Virus record (IMG/VR): IMGVR_UViG_3300021181_000004
Source: a virus
Taxonomy: Duplodnaviria; Caudoviricetes
Reading direction: 5' to 3' (one strand)
DNA length: 64,000 nt
Shown: positions 36,439 through 46,542 of the stretch, piece by piece
Layout of the letters: every line of letters begins with the position of its first letter
How positions within the stretch are numbered: the first letter of the stretch is position 1
Notes under the pieces: generated by a model
Databases searched by the model: none
Told to the model about the DNA's origin: nothing
What the model saw: only the letters and a program-made list of their open reading frames with translations
Made by a program: the position numbers and the translations under genes

Positions 36439-39219
36439 TTAACCTTTCCGATGATAATGGCCGCACTTCGTGCACCGCTCCCCACCCACTGCTCGGTTAC
36501 AGCCGCACTGATAACATCCAGCTGTCTTTCCAGCGGCCTCCTTTGGCTTCTCTTTACCTTGATCCGGGGTAGAAGATGATTCCTGAGACTTCGTAGCTTC
36601 GTTTTCTAATGCTGTCTCTTCTGAGCGTGCTTCGCTATCGCTGACGCTCTTGGTATCCTCAGGTTCGCTGGATGTCTCGTTTGTAGGCATTGCACTGCCT
36701 CCAACTGATGGCTGAGAAGGATTCTTATTATCTCCTTCAGCATCTGCTGGAAGTTCAATCATAGGCTGTTGGCCCATGTCCTGGAGAACTTCACCAAGGA
36801 TATCGTCATTGTCAGGAACTGAGGATGACCTAATTCCTCCATCTTCGTCAGCGACTTTACCACGAAGCTTCTGGAGCTTTGCCTCATGTGCTGCTTTGCT
36901 GCTCAAACTCTTTTTGGATTCAGCACGCTTGCGAGCAATAATTTCACCGCTCCATCCGCTACTTGATTCCACCTCGAAATCAGCGTCAGCATCGAACGGT
37001 GCGGAGCAACATGGATCATCTGCATCAACTGTGCACCCACAGTCAAAACATTTGCGCTGCTTGATCCAGGTTTGATTGTCCTCATCCCAACGCGATTTCT
37101 GATTAGGGCAGCCTTGTTCATGACAAGGAATCCCGTTGATTCTAGACATTTGGCATTGATCACAACCGAAGGCAACTTTCTTTAAAGATCCGGCCTTGGT
37201 CGTAATGACTTCCGTAGAACCATAATGGCTCTTGTAAGCGCCATTAACTAAGCTCTCCAAGAAGCGCAAATCGCGCATCAAGTCACCCATATTGTATGGA
37301 CAGGACTCTAACTTGTGGCGAATTTCGGCACGATCATCGCCTGTGGCTAGTTCCAGAGCCTCTACGTACTTCATAGCATGCTCAGGGACCGAGACATCCT
37401 TGGGCTTTACCTTACCTTCAGTTGCAGCTGGCTCGGTGTACCCGTCTTTGATCTTTTGGTCAGCAACCTCGCGAGCTTTTCTAACAGCTTCCGATTGGCC
37501 AAGACCCTTTGCTTTTACACCTCCAGAATTCGCCTTGCCGCGTGGGCCATTCTTAAAAAGGACATCAAAAAGACCTTTTTGCGAAGAAGACGGTGCAGCC
37601 ATAATGCGATATTCTTTATCTGAACCATCCTTGGTGCTGTAAAGAACGATTTCGGAGACGGGAGCATTGGATGTAGCAGGAGCTCCAGCCGGAGCTGCTT
37701 TCTTCACACTTGCAGTCTTGCCCTGCATTAGATATTCAGCTGCATGGGCGTATTCTGATTTTGGCTGAAGCTCAGGATATGTCTTAGCCAGCTTGCCTGT
37801 AATCAACATCCGGTCCCCAACATATTCCACCAGGCGACGGAATCCATAGGTGCGCTTCGGATAGACGTTGACAAGACCCGGCTCGCCGCCTACAACCGCC
37901 ACCGCGCTTGAGATATCCTTATGATGACCCATGGGAGAAGAATTCTCCCACATACCATCAGAAATCTGGCCTGTTAATTCGCATTCCCAGAGCCATGCCT
38001 GTACGTTGTTCTCGACGTGAATCTCTTGCTGAGCTGCGGTCTTGCTGGATTCCTTTCGCTTCGGCGTACCATCCTTGTTCAATTCAATCCCAATGGGCTC
38101 CTGATTTGATTCGTGATTCTTGGCCGCATCCGCGTTAAACTTCTTGTCAGAGATGGCTGGGTTCTTTTTAGCTGCTTCTGCTTGAGTTCCCGGCCCCACA
38201 TTCGTGGTACCAGCTGGAACACCGTGCTCGGATTCGCAAGCTTCTTTACTCTGAGGAGGATTCTGGCAAAGAACACCACCTTCGTGTGCCCATTTTCCGT
38301 TGTTGTTCTTGTACGGCTTTCCACCTGTCTTGCAATAAGAGCATTCTTTTGCAGCCAATCTTGGAACTCCAGGCTTTGCTTCTTCATGATGTTCTTTGCC
38401 CGCCTCGCCAACGGTCTTGCCCCCGAGTGCTTTGGTCATGGCAATATCTAGAGCTTCAATGACGTCCGCCTCAGGAGGATCTAGAACTTCCTTGGTGATT
38501 GCATCAGCATTCTTGATAGTGAGACTTAACCGTTTGCGAGGACTAGCAACCTTACTGCCAGCCGTTTCGTTCCAAAGAACTGGGAAACTCTTGAGGGGTG
38601 ATTCAGTGATTTCTGGCCATGGCAACTTTGGAGTGATATCTGTCACGTCCAGTTTGTCGGTGCTGACGTCATTCATCAATGCATCGAAGGCACTGGACAG
38701 GCGCGGATTGTAGTATGCCCCAAACACTAGATGACGCAAGCGATCTGCCAGGACTACATCATCCTTAGTGAAGTGGAAACTGACATACTCGCGCTTGTTG
38801 AACCACTCAGGTGCGAAGAGAATTAACGTCTCAAATTTACCTTCATCAATCTTGAAGAGACGATTTTTGACCTCTTCCATGCTGGCGTCGCTGTACTCAT
38901 CAAACTCATTGACACCGATGTGCTTCTCGGTCAAATCTGCGATTTCTTCCCCCCCAAATTGCTTAACCAAGCAACCGTAAAGGAGAGCTGTTGGGAATCC
39001 CTCCAACTTGTCTGCAATCTTAGCAGGGATTACATAGATTTTGCCAATCGCGATATTCTGTCTGTATCCATGATAGAAAACTTCAAGACTTTGGACATTG
39101 CCCGAGGATCGAGCTTCCTTCTCGCCTGCTTTTACAGCTTCGACAACTTTTGTAAGCAGACCTTCATTGACCTGAAAACTCTGCCAGGATTTTAATGCTA
39201 CTGTGCCCGATACGCTCAT
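36439..39219 (-). CDS. K-x-A mosaic polyprotein with WGR domain (926 aa)
   Basis: WGR-like LYSTKDGSDKEY...FKNGPRG...KIKDGY; modules ELTGQISDGMWEN and CDQCQM..INGIPCHEQGCPN; KVA/KTA motifs. Confidence 0.7.
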   Translation of the reverse strand: MSVSGTVALKSWQSFQVNEGLLTKVVEAVKAGEKEARSSGNVQSLEVFYHGYRQNIAIGKIYVIPAKIADKLEGFPTALLYGCLVKQFGGEEIADLTEKHIGVNEFDEYSDASMEEVKNRLFKIDEGKFETLILFAPEWFNKREYVSFHFTKDDVVLADRLRHLVFGAYYNPRLSSAFDALMNDVSTDKLDVTDITPKLPWPEITESPLKSFPVLWNETAGSKVASPRKRLSLTIKNADAITKEVLDPPEADVIEALDIAMTKALGGKTVGEAGKEHHEEAKPGVPRLAAKECSYCKTGGKPYKNNNGKWAHEGGVLCQNPPQSKEACESEHGVPAGTTNVGPGTQAEAAKKNPAISDKKFNADAAKNHESNQEPIGIELNKDGTPKRKESSKTAAQQEIHVENNVQAWLWECELTGQISDGMWENSSPMGHHKDISSAVAVVGGEPGLVNVYPKRTYGFRRLVEYVGDRMLITGKLAKTYPELQPKSEYAHAAEYLMQGKTASVKKAAPAGAPATSNAPVSEIVLYSTKDGSDKEYRIMAAPSSSQKGLFDVLFKNGPRGKANSGGVKAKGLGQSEAVRKAREVADQKIKDGYTEPAATEGKVKPKDVSVPEHAMKYVEALELATGDDRAEIRHKLESCPYNMGDLMRDLRFLESLVNGAYKSHYGSTEVITTKAGSLKKVAFGCDQCQMSRINGIPCHEQGCPNQKSRWDEDNQTWIKQRKCFDCGCTVDADDPCCSAPFDADADFEVESSSGWSGEIIARKRAESKKSLSSKAAHEAKLQKLRGKVADEDGGIRSSSVPDNDDILGEVLQDMGQQPMIELPADAEGDNKNPSQPSVGGSAMPTNETSSEPEDTKSVSDSEARSEETALENEATKSQESSSTPDQGKEKPKEAAGKTAGCYQCGCNRAVGGERCTKCGHYHRKG

Positions 39220-39731
39220 TTTGGCCCCTTGTCAAACTTATCTAACTCTTGTCGCAATTTCGGTTCTGCTGCAGCTAAAGCATCCGAATATTGGAGCATA
39301 ATATTGTTAACCATAGCTTTATCTAGATTGCATTCTTCTAAAGTCTTTTTGAAGATGTGAACAATCTCCGTTAAAACAAATTTGAATTTCGCCCCATCAA
39401 TGTTTAACGAATCTTTCTTCGTCAGTATGTCTGTATCGTTCAGCTGCTTTGCTAAAGCTGTGAGAACTTTTACTTGCGTCTCCCAACCTTTCTGTTTCCA
39501 TGCATCCTGAACATCTCTGCCACCACGAACTGAATCCCTAGCAATCTTACCCAGCTCTACCGTTATAAGACGACTCACCTCTGCTGCCGAGCAATTAGGA
39601 TCCTCTAATTTTGCTAAGATCTCATCAAACTTATCAGTGATGTTAACAGCAGGCTTTTCAGGTTGCTGTACACCACCATTTGGGGCTACGAAAAATTCCT
39701 CGCTTTTTACCTCTTGTTCAATTTCAGACAT
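39216..39731 (-). CDS. Hypothetical helical protein
   Basis: 171 aa, AAAGGA SD, ACTATCTAA motif variant upstream. Confidence 0.6.
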   Translation of the reverse strand: MSEIEQEVKSEEFFVAPNGGVQQPEKPAVNITDKFDEILAKLEDPNCSAAEVSRLITVELGKIARDSVRGGRDVQDAWKQKGWETQVKVLTALAKQLNDTDILTKKDSLNIDGAKFKFVLTEIVHIFKKTLEECNLDKAMVNNIMLQYSDALAAAEPKLRQELDKFDKGPK

Positions 39732-39748
39732 GCAATCCTTTAATCGAA

Positions 39749-41983
39749 TTAGATAGTGCCCATGCTAAAGGAGCTTCCCATCTCGACATCCATCTGACCG
39801 GAAGATTCCTTAATGTCGATATCTCCTGCGTTAATCGGGTATTCACCTTCCATGTCAAACTCTGCGAGCATTGCATGGCCATCCTTCGGGGCACCATCAG
39901 CAATCTTGTGATTGCTGGCCTGCCGTTCCATACCAGGAAAGGACAATAGTGTTCCTCCTGTTAACCCGCAGTGCATTCCTTGGCGGAAAACGCAGGTGGC
40001 ACATTTGCTCGCGCCCACGATTGCGTTCTGTACTCCTAACTTCTGTTTCAAAAACCGACAATCGATTTGAGACAACGCAATTTTGGTGCTGTTCTTCTTC
40101 AAACCTGCGATGAACTGTTTTACAGCGTCCCCTGCTTGTACGGAGCCGATCTTTCGGGCTGCTGCATTGTAGATCTTTTCGATTGTGTGCCCTTTTTTAT
40201 GGAGAGCTTCTACCGTCGATGCATTGAAGCTGACCTGCTGCTCTTTCGCTGATGTCTTTCGGTTGTACTTATCCTGTACTGCCGCAATACTGCTTTGGCG
40301 AAATTCGGAACTCGGTAGAGTTTGTTCTGCACGAACTAACTGACCACCCGTTTGTTCACCTGCTGTCTTTCCACGCAGCTTGGTTGCCTGCTTACGTTCT
40401 ATTTCACGCTGTACGATGCGTATAAGAGCCGCTTCTTTATGAGCCTTTGGAACCCCTGCTGTCATTCTATTGAGGGAAGAACGAAGCTCCCCAGCCCATT
40501 CTCCAACTTTAGTCTTAAGTCGTTCGTAGGATTCAGGCTGCTTGGGCATGAAGTGGTTCGGCTCTAGATTATTAAATCCTAGTAAACCAGACATCTGGTT
40601 TAGATATTCTTGAGACATCTGACGATTAAAGAGAGGCTGATTTTCGGCTGTTTTGATCCTTCTGCCTTTTTTAGAAGCATTCATTGGCTTGCGAGCTTCT
40701 TGCGGCATCTTCATTTGTGTGGGCTGCGCCGACTCTGACAGGTTTATTTCTTCCCAGTCTTTTGTCGCTAATTGCGAAACGTCTACAGGTGTTTGTTGGA
40801 GAAGTTGATTGGCTGCTGCAACAGCTTGATTTTTATCCTGAATATCTTTACTATACTCACCCTCGATGCCCATTAAAGATACACCTCTGGCGTCTACAAT
40901 CAAAGTGGCTTTGGATAATGACTGACCTTTTTCAGGCCCAAATTCCTCAAGTTCTGGCCAATTTATAACCGCCACTTCCCCAATTAAAGGTTCGGTACCA
41001 TCTGGAAATCTTTCGGCACCTGCAAGGCCGTACCAATCTTCCTTGGTAAATGGACGAAGTTTCCCACCCGCGAATGCTGCTTCTGGCGCTTCTACATCGA
41101 TTGGTCCGGCTGTCTTGGTACTTGCTTCATGCTGTTCATGCTGTCGAGCTGAATAGGGCGCACCGCATTCTGTGCATTTCTCTTCTTTATTGGGAGTGAA
41201 TTTGTGGTAACCTTTTGTCCAACCACCTTTGCTGTCTTCAGAACCTAAAGTGTGGCGATGAGCGGCATCAGAACCGCTTGGAATAGATGGGCCAATTTGG
41301 CCTTCTGGTTTATCTTCAGAACGTTGTTTGCCACACCATCTACAGGATTCACAGCGTTGCGAATTGGTGTGGGAACAATCTTTACATTTCCAATCAGGAA
41401 TTTTAGCTTCCTTCGGCCCAGCAGCTAAGTACATCAATACGCGAGCAATCTTGGACGGGGCATGGCCTTGTTCCAGCAACTTAGTAATGTAGCGCAAGGT
41501 AGCCGCATCTGTAACGGGCTTCTGATAGATGTCTTCCGCTGTATTTCGCGCTTTGTTTGGAGACATGAGTTTCTCCAACTGCACACTGGCATTATCAGCG
41601 ATCTCATTTACGAAATCGCGATCATGGGCTGCCATACGACTGGTTGTGGTTGGCCCATCGATGCCACTATTCTCATGTGCCTCTTTTGCCTGTCGTTTTT
41701 CTTGCGCGGCTGCACGAGCAATTTCTAAACGTTGCTGCCGATTGGCTACTTCGCGTGCTGGGGCATTAGCGTTGTGGGGTCCCCACACAGGAGTGTTGTG
41801 TGAAGTTGCACTTTCGGAAATTTCTTCAATGAAGTCTTCATCGACATATTTATCGGTGCGCTTGTTCCATTCTTCACCAGAGGCAGCCGCACCTTCAAGA
41901 TCCAATTCTTCCCATTTTGGGGATCTATCATCCAGAATTTCATCGATAATGGAGCTGAATACGTGTTTCTTAGTTTCTGCCAT
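39749..41983 (-). CDS. K-x-A mosaic polyprotein (744 aa)
   Basis: KEAKIP, KTAGP, KTAEN, KEAAL, KTAGE motifs; Zn ribbons; FTKEDWYGLAGAE module; Cys-rich C-terminus. Confidence 0.7.
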   Translation of the reverse strand: MAETKKHVFSSIIDEILDDRSPKWEELDLEGAAASGEEWNKRTDKYVDEDFIEEISESATSHNTPVWGPHNANAPAREVANRQQRLEIARAAAQEKRQAKEAHENSGIDGPTTTSRMAAHDRDFVNEIADNASVQLEKLMSPNKARNTAEDIYQKPVTDAATLRYITKLLEQGHAPSKIARVLMYLAAGPKEAKIPDWKCKDCSHTNSQRCESCRWCGKQRSEDKPEGQIGPSIPSGSDAAHRHTLGSEDSKGGWTKGYHKFTPNKEEKCTECGAPYSARQHEQHEASTKTAGPIDVEAPEAAFAGGKLRPFTKEDWYGLAGAERFPDGTEPLIGEVAVINWPELEEFGPEKGQSLSKATLIVDARGVSLMGIEGEYSKDIQDKNQAVAAANQLLQQTPVDVSQLATKDWEEINLSESAQPTQMKMPQEARKPMNASKKGRRIKTAENQPLFNRQMSQEYLNQMSGLLGFNNLEPNHFMPKQPESYERLKTKVGEWAGELRSSLNRMTAGVPKAHKEAALIRIVQREIERKQATKLRGKTAGEQTGGQLVRAEQTLPSSEFRQSSIAAVQDKYNRKTSAKEQQVSFNASTVEALHKKGHTIEKIYNAAARKIGSVQAGDAVKQFIAGLKKNSTKIALSQIDCRFLKQKLGVQNAIVGASKCATCVFRQGMHCGLTGGTLLSFPGMERQASNHKIADGAPKDGHAMLAEFDMEGEYPINAGDIDIKESSGQMDVEMGSSFSMGTI

Positions 41984-41992
41984 GATTTATCC

Positions 41993-42322
41993 TTAGAGAG
42001 TTAAGTCCTGTAAAACATCCTCGAGGAATCCCATAGCGTCGTTTTTAGGAGCAGGAGCTATGGAACTTCCATCGTCCACTTCATCAACTACAAGTTTAAT
42101 TATCTTGTTTCCTCGTACTTGCCAAAATTCGTTGCGACTAGGACATGCCCATGTATTCCCGGCAACACGCTCCAGCCCTAAACGAGCAATTTTAGATTGT
42201 ACTTCCGGAGAAATCTTGGTTTCGCTTGAAAAATGATTACGATGGATGACTCGACCCTGTTCGCGGGGTTGCGCCAAGCTGTGTGCAGCGAACTTGGGTT
42301 CTAGACTAGCAAATTTTCGCAT
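41993..42322 (-). CDS. Small putative head protein
   Basis: 109 aa, GAGGA SD, late motif at 42350, RKFAS N-terminus. Confidence 0.6.
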   Translation of the reverse strand: MRKFASLEPKFAAHSLAQPREQGRVIHRNHFSSETKISPEVQSKIARLGLERVAGNTWACPSRNEFWQVRGNKIIKLVVDEVDDGSSIAPAPKNDAMGFLEDVLQDLTL

Positions 42323-42349
42323 CTAGTGTTCCTCTTCCTTTCATTGTAT

Positions 42350-42361
42350 GGGTTAGAAAGT
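42350..42361 (-). promoter_or_regulatory. Putative late promoter motif ACTTTCTAACCC
   Basis: Third identical copy. Confidence 0.6.
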
Positions 42362-42438
42362 TAAAAAATCCCAATTCCCACCCCTAAACAGGGACTTTGT
42401 TTGTTCCCCAACTTCCGATTGCTATTATTGAGGTCCGC

Positions 42439-43347
42439 ATGCTTGTAAGAGACATTTTAATTTTTGGTGCTGCATATAACCCTGCTATCGTAGTAAATCC
42501 TTTGACGGGATTCTATGATGGCCCCTGGGTTGACATTAGCAATTTGGTGGCTTTCTCTGTTCAAGTTTCTAACCCAGGAAGCTCGGCTACGTGGATTGAG
42601 GTTTCTAACGATCCTAATGTTCAATCCGATGGACCCAGTGGCCAACTTGCTGCACCTTCAGCTCCTACTCTTTCTCAATTTACCTATAACACAGGATCTT
42701 TAGGAAATACAGGTCAATATCCTCCAGCGGTTGGCGGCCTACCTGCGCAAGCCTTGAGCATCAAATTGACTTACACAACGCGCAATCAGCTTGTTGTATT
42801 ACCGACTCCACTCTATAGCTTCGCTGTGGGTGAAACACTGCCAAGTGCTGCCAGTGCAATTTCAGTCCTTGCGGGAAATAATTGCCAAGTGACTTCACCC
42901 GCTAAGGATGCTCTGGGCGTTGCTACAGGGTATAACGTCTATGCTCAACTTGGCGGTTCCGGGCCATATCTTCTCCAAAATGGTCGTGGTGGACCAAATG
43001 CCAGCAATGATCAATTTGTTTACGATGGGCCAATTCCATTAGGTACTCCTTTTATTATGAAAATGGGTTATGTTGCAGGAGGAGTTGCGACTCCAACTTC
43101 TGATACATCGGGTGGTCCGAATGCTGGAGTAAACATTTTGGGGGCAGCTTCTGGCGAGACCTATTTATCTACTTCAACAGGGTACACAGATTCTCCAATT
43201 GCAGTAATCCCAGACAATACTAGCGTTAATGTAATTGTGGCTCCATCTAGCATGTGTTGGAAGTGGTTACGAGTTCGAAGTAAGAATTCACCTTCTGGCA
43301 GTCCGCCTTCGGGTACGCAGGCTTGGCTAGTGGGTCAGCATGGATAA
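42439..43347 (+). CDS. Putative virion structural protein
   Basis: G/S/T/P-rich beta sequence; GAGG SD before ATG 42439. Confidence 0.6.
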   Translation: MLVRDILIFGAAYNPAIVVNPLTGFYDGPWVDISNLVAFSVQVSNPGSSATWIEVSNDPNVQSDGPSGQLAAPSAPTLSQFTYNTGSLGNTGQYPPAVGGLPAQALSIKLTYTTRNQLVVLPTPLYSFAVGETLPSAASAISVLAGNNCQVTSPAKDALGVATGYNVYAQLGGSGPYLLQNGRGGPNASNDQFVYDGPIPLGTPFIMKMGYVAGGVATPTSDTSGGPNAGVNILGAASGETYLSTSTGYTDSPIAVIPDNTSVNVIVAPSSMCWKWLRVRSKNSPSGSPPSGTQAWLVGQHG

Positions 43348-43529
43348 TAAGGAGATTCTCACCCGCGCAACCTAGAGAGTCTCTTGATTCTCTTCATTAA
43401 AGACGGGGATTGGTGGCCGGGGTGAGGGAACAACCCTCCGCTTGGCCGGACAGGGGTAGGGTCACCACCCTCGCAAGTTTGTAAAAGATTTGAACTTTCT
43501 AATTCTCTACTTAGAGGAGCACTAAACTC

Positions 43530-44960
43530 ATGGCTACACCAACTTTGCAACCTTTTACAGCGCCTGCAGCATTCCCGAAGTTCACGCCACCCAACACGTC
43601 TCTTTATGGTGGTGGTCCTTTCGGTGGAAAGACAGGCGGGAATAACCCGACTGGGTACGATGCCAACGGCTACAATAAGACACATGCGCATTTAGGTACG
43701 TTGCCACAAACCGGGTTAAATGCTGTTCTTCCCACTACTGCTACAGTTGGCGATCTTCTCGTCGCAGTTGTCATCGGCAAGAAGAATTTGAACCCGTTCG
43801 GCCAGACGTGGGCCACGAGCGAACTCTCACCGTTCAATGTTTCGGATAATCCGCAGCTGAACACCGCCCAGGCAACTCCGCAACCAGTTCTGAATGATAA
43901 TGAGGGCAACACATGGTCTCTCGCCACTAGTTCAATCAACATCGACCTTCTCGCGACTGAGACCCCGGCATATCAGACTCCAGGTACGGGCTTCCTGTCC
44001 TCCAATGCTGCAGCAGAATCAGTTCCTGACTTGGATGCCAAGTTTCCCAGCGTTTTTATGTTCTATGCCCCGAACGTCGCAGCGGGAACTCAAAGCCTCA
44101 ACGTTCGCGCAAATTATCTAACGCAGAACAATTATGTTAGATCAGTGGCCACCGTGCCGTGGCTCCAGCAGACAGCTTCACAAGTGGGCTATCTTGTTGG
44201 TGATCCTATTACGGTCGTTGGCGTAAACGGTACGTACCCTCATCAGCAAACCTACACCACGTATGTTTGCATTAAGGCCAACCCCGTTGTGACTACGGGG
44301 TCGCCACCAGTCACTGAAAGCCAGCCGTACACGAACGCGACGTACTGGTCTACAGTTTCTAATGTTAAGACAGATGCACGTTTTGCAAGTAATGCAGGCG
44401 AGCAGGTCTTTAGCGGGTTGGATGTTCTGCTCTTTGATTTCTCGGGGGTGGCGGCTTCAACTCCTCTGGAAAGTGCATCTTCTGCTATTGCAGCTACCAA
44501 CCCAGTTACCACGGCAGTCACCACAGGTGAAACAGGTGACTTGCTCATCGCTGTTGGCCTACAAGTTGATGGTAATGAGTTTGATCCGGTTGCTGATGGT
44601 TCTCCGCCAGAAGGTTGGACTGTTATTGCTCAGGGTAAGCTCACTGGTTCTGAACAGCACTTTGTTGTGATGTATCAAGTCACGGGAACTGCTGGTACCT
44701 ATAATGCAGGTTTCTTGAATCCTTCTACTCGTACTGTAGTTGGATACGGACTCGGGGATTCGCAGATCGCCAACCAGGGGTCTACTCCATCCGATCCTGG
44801 TGCAACCACAATCACCAGTAACGGACCGGGTTTCTCCGGTTATGCTGCTGGATACAACCAGCAAAGCGGCACACTTGGCGGGTATGCCAAGCCAGGAACC
44901 GCTCCTGTGCTGCAAGGTTACAAGATTGCAGTTTTGGCCGCTGCTTTCAAACACAGCTAA
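43530..44960 (+). CDS. Putative virion structural/appendage protein
   Basis: 476 aa; two repeated GDLLVAV/GDLLIAV...W beta modules; GAGGAG SD; ACTTTCTAA at 43494. Confidence 0.65.
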   Translation: MATPTLQPFTAPAAFPKFTPPNTSLYGGGPFGGKTGGNNPTGYDANGYNKTHAHLGTLPQTGLNAVLPTTATVGDLLVAVVIGKKNLNPFGQTWATSELSPFNVSDNPQLNTAQATPQPVLNDNEGNTWSLATSSINIDLLATETPAYQTPGTGFLSSNAAAESVPDLDAKFPSVFMFYAPNVAAGTQSLNVRANYLTQNNYVRSVATVPWLQQTASQVGYLVGDPITVVGVNGTYPHQQTYTTYVCIKANPVVTTGSPPVTESQPYTNATYWSTVSNVKTDARFASNAGEQVFSGLDVLLFDFSGVAASTPLESASSAIAATNPVTTAVTTGETGDLLIAVGLQVDGNEFDPVADGSPPEGWTVIAQGKLTGSEQHFVVMYQVTGTAGTYNAGFLNPSTRTVVGYGLGDSQIANQGSTPSDPGATTITSNGPGFSGYAAGYNQQSGTLGGYAKPGTAPVLQGYKIAVLAAAFKHS

Positions 44961-44997
44961 ACTGCCTTCCCCTGGACCCAGGGTAATGGGTCAAATC

Positions 44998-45030
44998 ATC
45001 CGGTCAGCTTGTATCAGTGGCCGGATTTTT
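44998..45030 (+). terminator. Intrinsic terminator
   Basis: atccggtca / tggccggat stem plus tttt. Confidence 0.65.
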
Positions 45031-45219
45031 GTTGCCTAATAATTATCATCTTCTTATTTTTGAAGTATTTAAAGTTGAAGGATTTAAAACACACCTTCGG
45101 TTCTGTAAGTTAGATACTAAGATTTTCTCAGGAATAATGAGTTTTTGCTCATAAGATTAAATCTCGGTAATTTGAGATGGAATTAAGGAGAAACGACGTA
45201 AGTCGTTGAAACAAACCAC

Positions 45220-45954
45220 TTGGAAAACACACCATATTTTGAGGCAGTTTGTGGAGCTCGCGCGATGCACCTTACTGAGGAAGAAGCTCTGGAAGGAAAC
45301 ATTACAATTTCACAAGAAACACAGTTGGATCAAAAGGAGCAGAAGAAATTTGCTTACATTCAAGATAATTTCGCCAACTTTGTCAAAGTTCTTCGCCATC
45401 TCAAAGAAGAAGATCAAGAGATGCTTCTGTCATATTATGTTTTAGCGAAGACGCAAAACACGCTAGCTCTAATACATAAGTCAACTCAGACAGTGTGTTC
45501 TTCCCAGATTCGAATGGCATTTAAAACTTTGGGAGCATTTTTAATGATGGGTGAACCCACCGTAGAAAAAATGCATGAAATCTTGACGGCAGCTGGTTTG
45601 GAAAATTCTATCCCTAAAATCGAATTGAGTAGAATCATTGATCTATATATCAAAACTCATAATTTTCAAAAGATTGCAGACATGCATCGTTTGCATCGTC
45701 CAAATATTCGTCGAGCCATGAGTCGAGCGAGCAAACAATTGATGGAATCCAAAGATGGGAATCAGCATGCTTTAGGAGCGTATATTCATTCTTTGATTGA
45801 TAAAGCTAATCCAGCGGGGCAAGGATTCAGTAAAAGGAAATTGCAGAAGCAGTGCCACTTGTACCGGAGCGATCCAGATTGTCTTGGGGATTTTCGCGTC
45901 CGTATAGAAGACCCAGGTTTTTCGCAACTGTTCATCAGCCGCGCAAATCGCTAG
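45220..45954 (+). CDS. Transcription regulator with two sigma region-4-like HTH motifs
   Basis: LKEEDQEMLLSYYVLAKTQNTLA...QIRMA and IIDLY...NFQKIADM..LHRPNIRRAMSRA. Confidence 0.55.
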   Translation: MENTPYFEAVCGARAMHLTEEEALEGNITISQETQLDQKEQKKFAYIQDNFANFVKVLRHLKEEDQEMLLSYYVLAKTQNTLALIHKSTQTVCSSQIRMAFKTLGAFLMMGEPTVEKMHEILTAAGLENSIPKIELSRIIDLYIKTHNFQKIADMHRLHRPNIRRAMSRASKQLMESKDGNQHALGAYIHSLIDKANPAGQGFSKRKLQKQCHLYRSDPDCLGDFRVRIEDPGFSQLFISRANR

Positions 45955-46018
45955 AATATTTCCTGACTTTTGGCTGAAGGTGGGCCAAGCCTTTGCAAGG
46001 CACACCAGTTGATACTAT

Positions 46019-46324
46019 TTACTTCCTTGGCAGGTACTGTGCACAATCTAGATCATTTATACCAGGCTCCCGCTGTGCTTCTGTGCAATCCTGGTACTCA
46101 CTTTGACTGGGTTGTTTTAAACCCTGCCAGATATCGTAATTAGAAGTAGCGGAAGCAATCGCGGATTTAGAGCGAGAGCAACGTTCATTTGTTGAGTTTG
46201 TTCCCGTGATTAAGATAAAAACTATAAACAAACCCACTAACCACAACAATCCCTCAGGCTTCATTGGCTTCATTTTCCTTTCTACCGAAATATTCTTTTT
46301 CTTCCACAACTTCGAAATCGTCAA
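46019..46324 (-). CDS. Small membrane protein
   Basis: TM LLWLVGLFIVFILITG; Cys-containing tail. Confidence 0.5.
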   Translation of the reverse strand: MTISKLWKKKNISVERKMKPMKPEGLLWLVGLFIVFILITGTNSTNERCSRSKSAIASATSNYDIWQGLKQPSQSEYQDCTEAQREPGINDLDCAQYLPRK

Positions 46325-46362
46325 ACGGCTCGCTCATGGTGTTTCCTTCCCCTGTGACCCAA

Positions 46363-46542
46363 CTACTTTACTTTCGTCATGATCTGAGCTATTGTCTGGA
46401 TTGTTTCTTCAAATTGCGTCGTGCCGATTCGCTTAATGCCAGCGTCTGCACTACCGTCCATATTGGACAACTGCTTACGAATGTACTCTTCCGCAACCTT
46501 GTAACGTAGATCATCATGCGAAATTATGCGCTTCTTACTCAT
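46363..46542 (-). CDS. Small hypothetical protein
   Basis: MSKKRIISHDD..., ATG overlapping the stop of the 497-aa gene. Confidence 0.45.
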   Translation of the reverse strand: MSKKRIISHDDLRYKVAEEYIRKQLSNMDGSADAGIKRIGTTQFEETIQTIAQIMTKVK

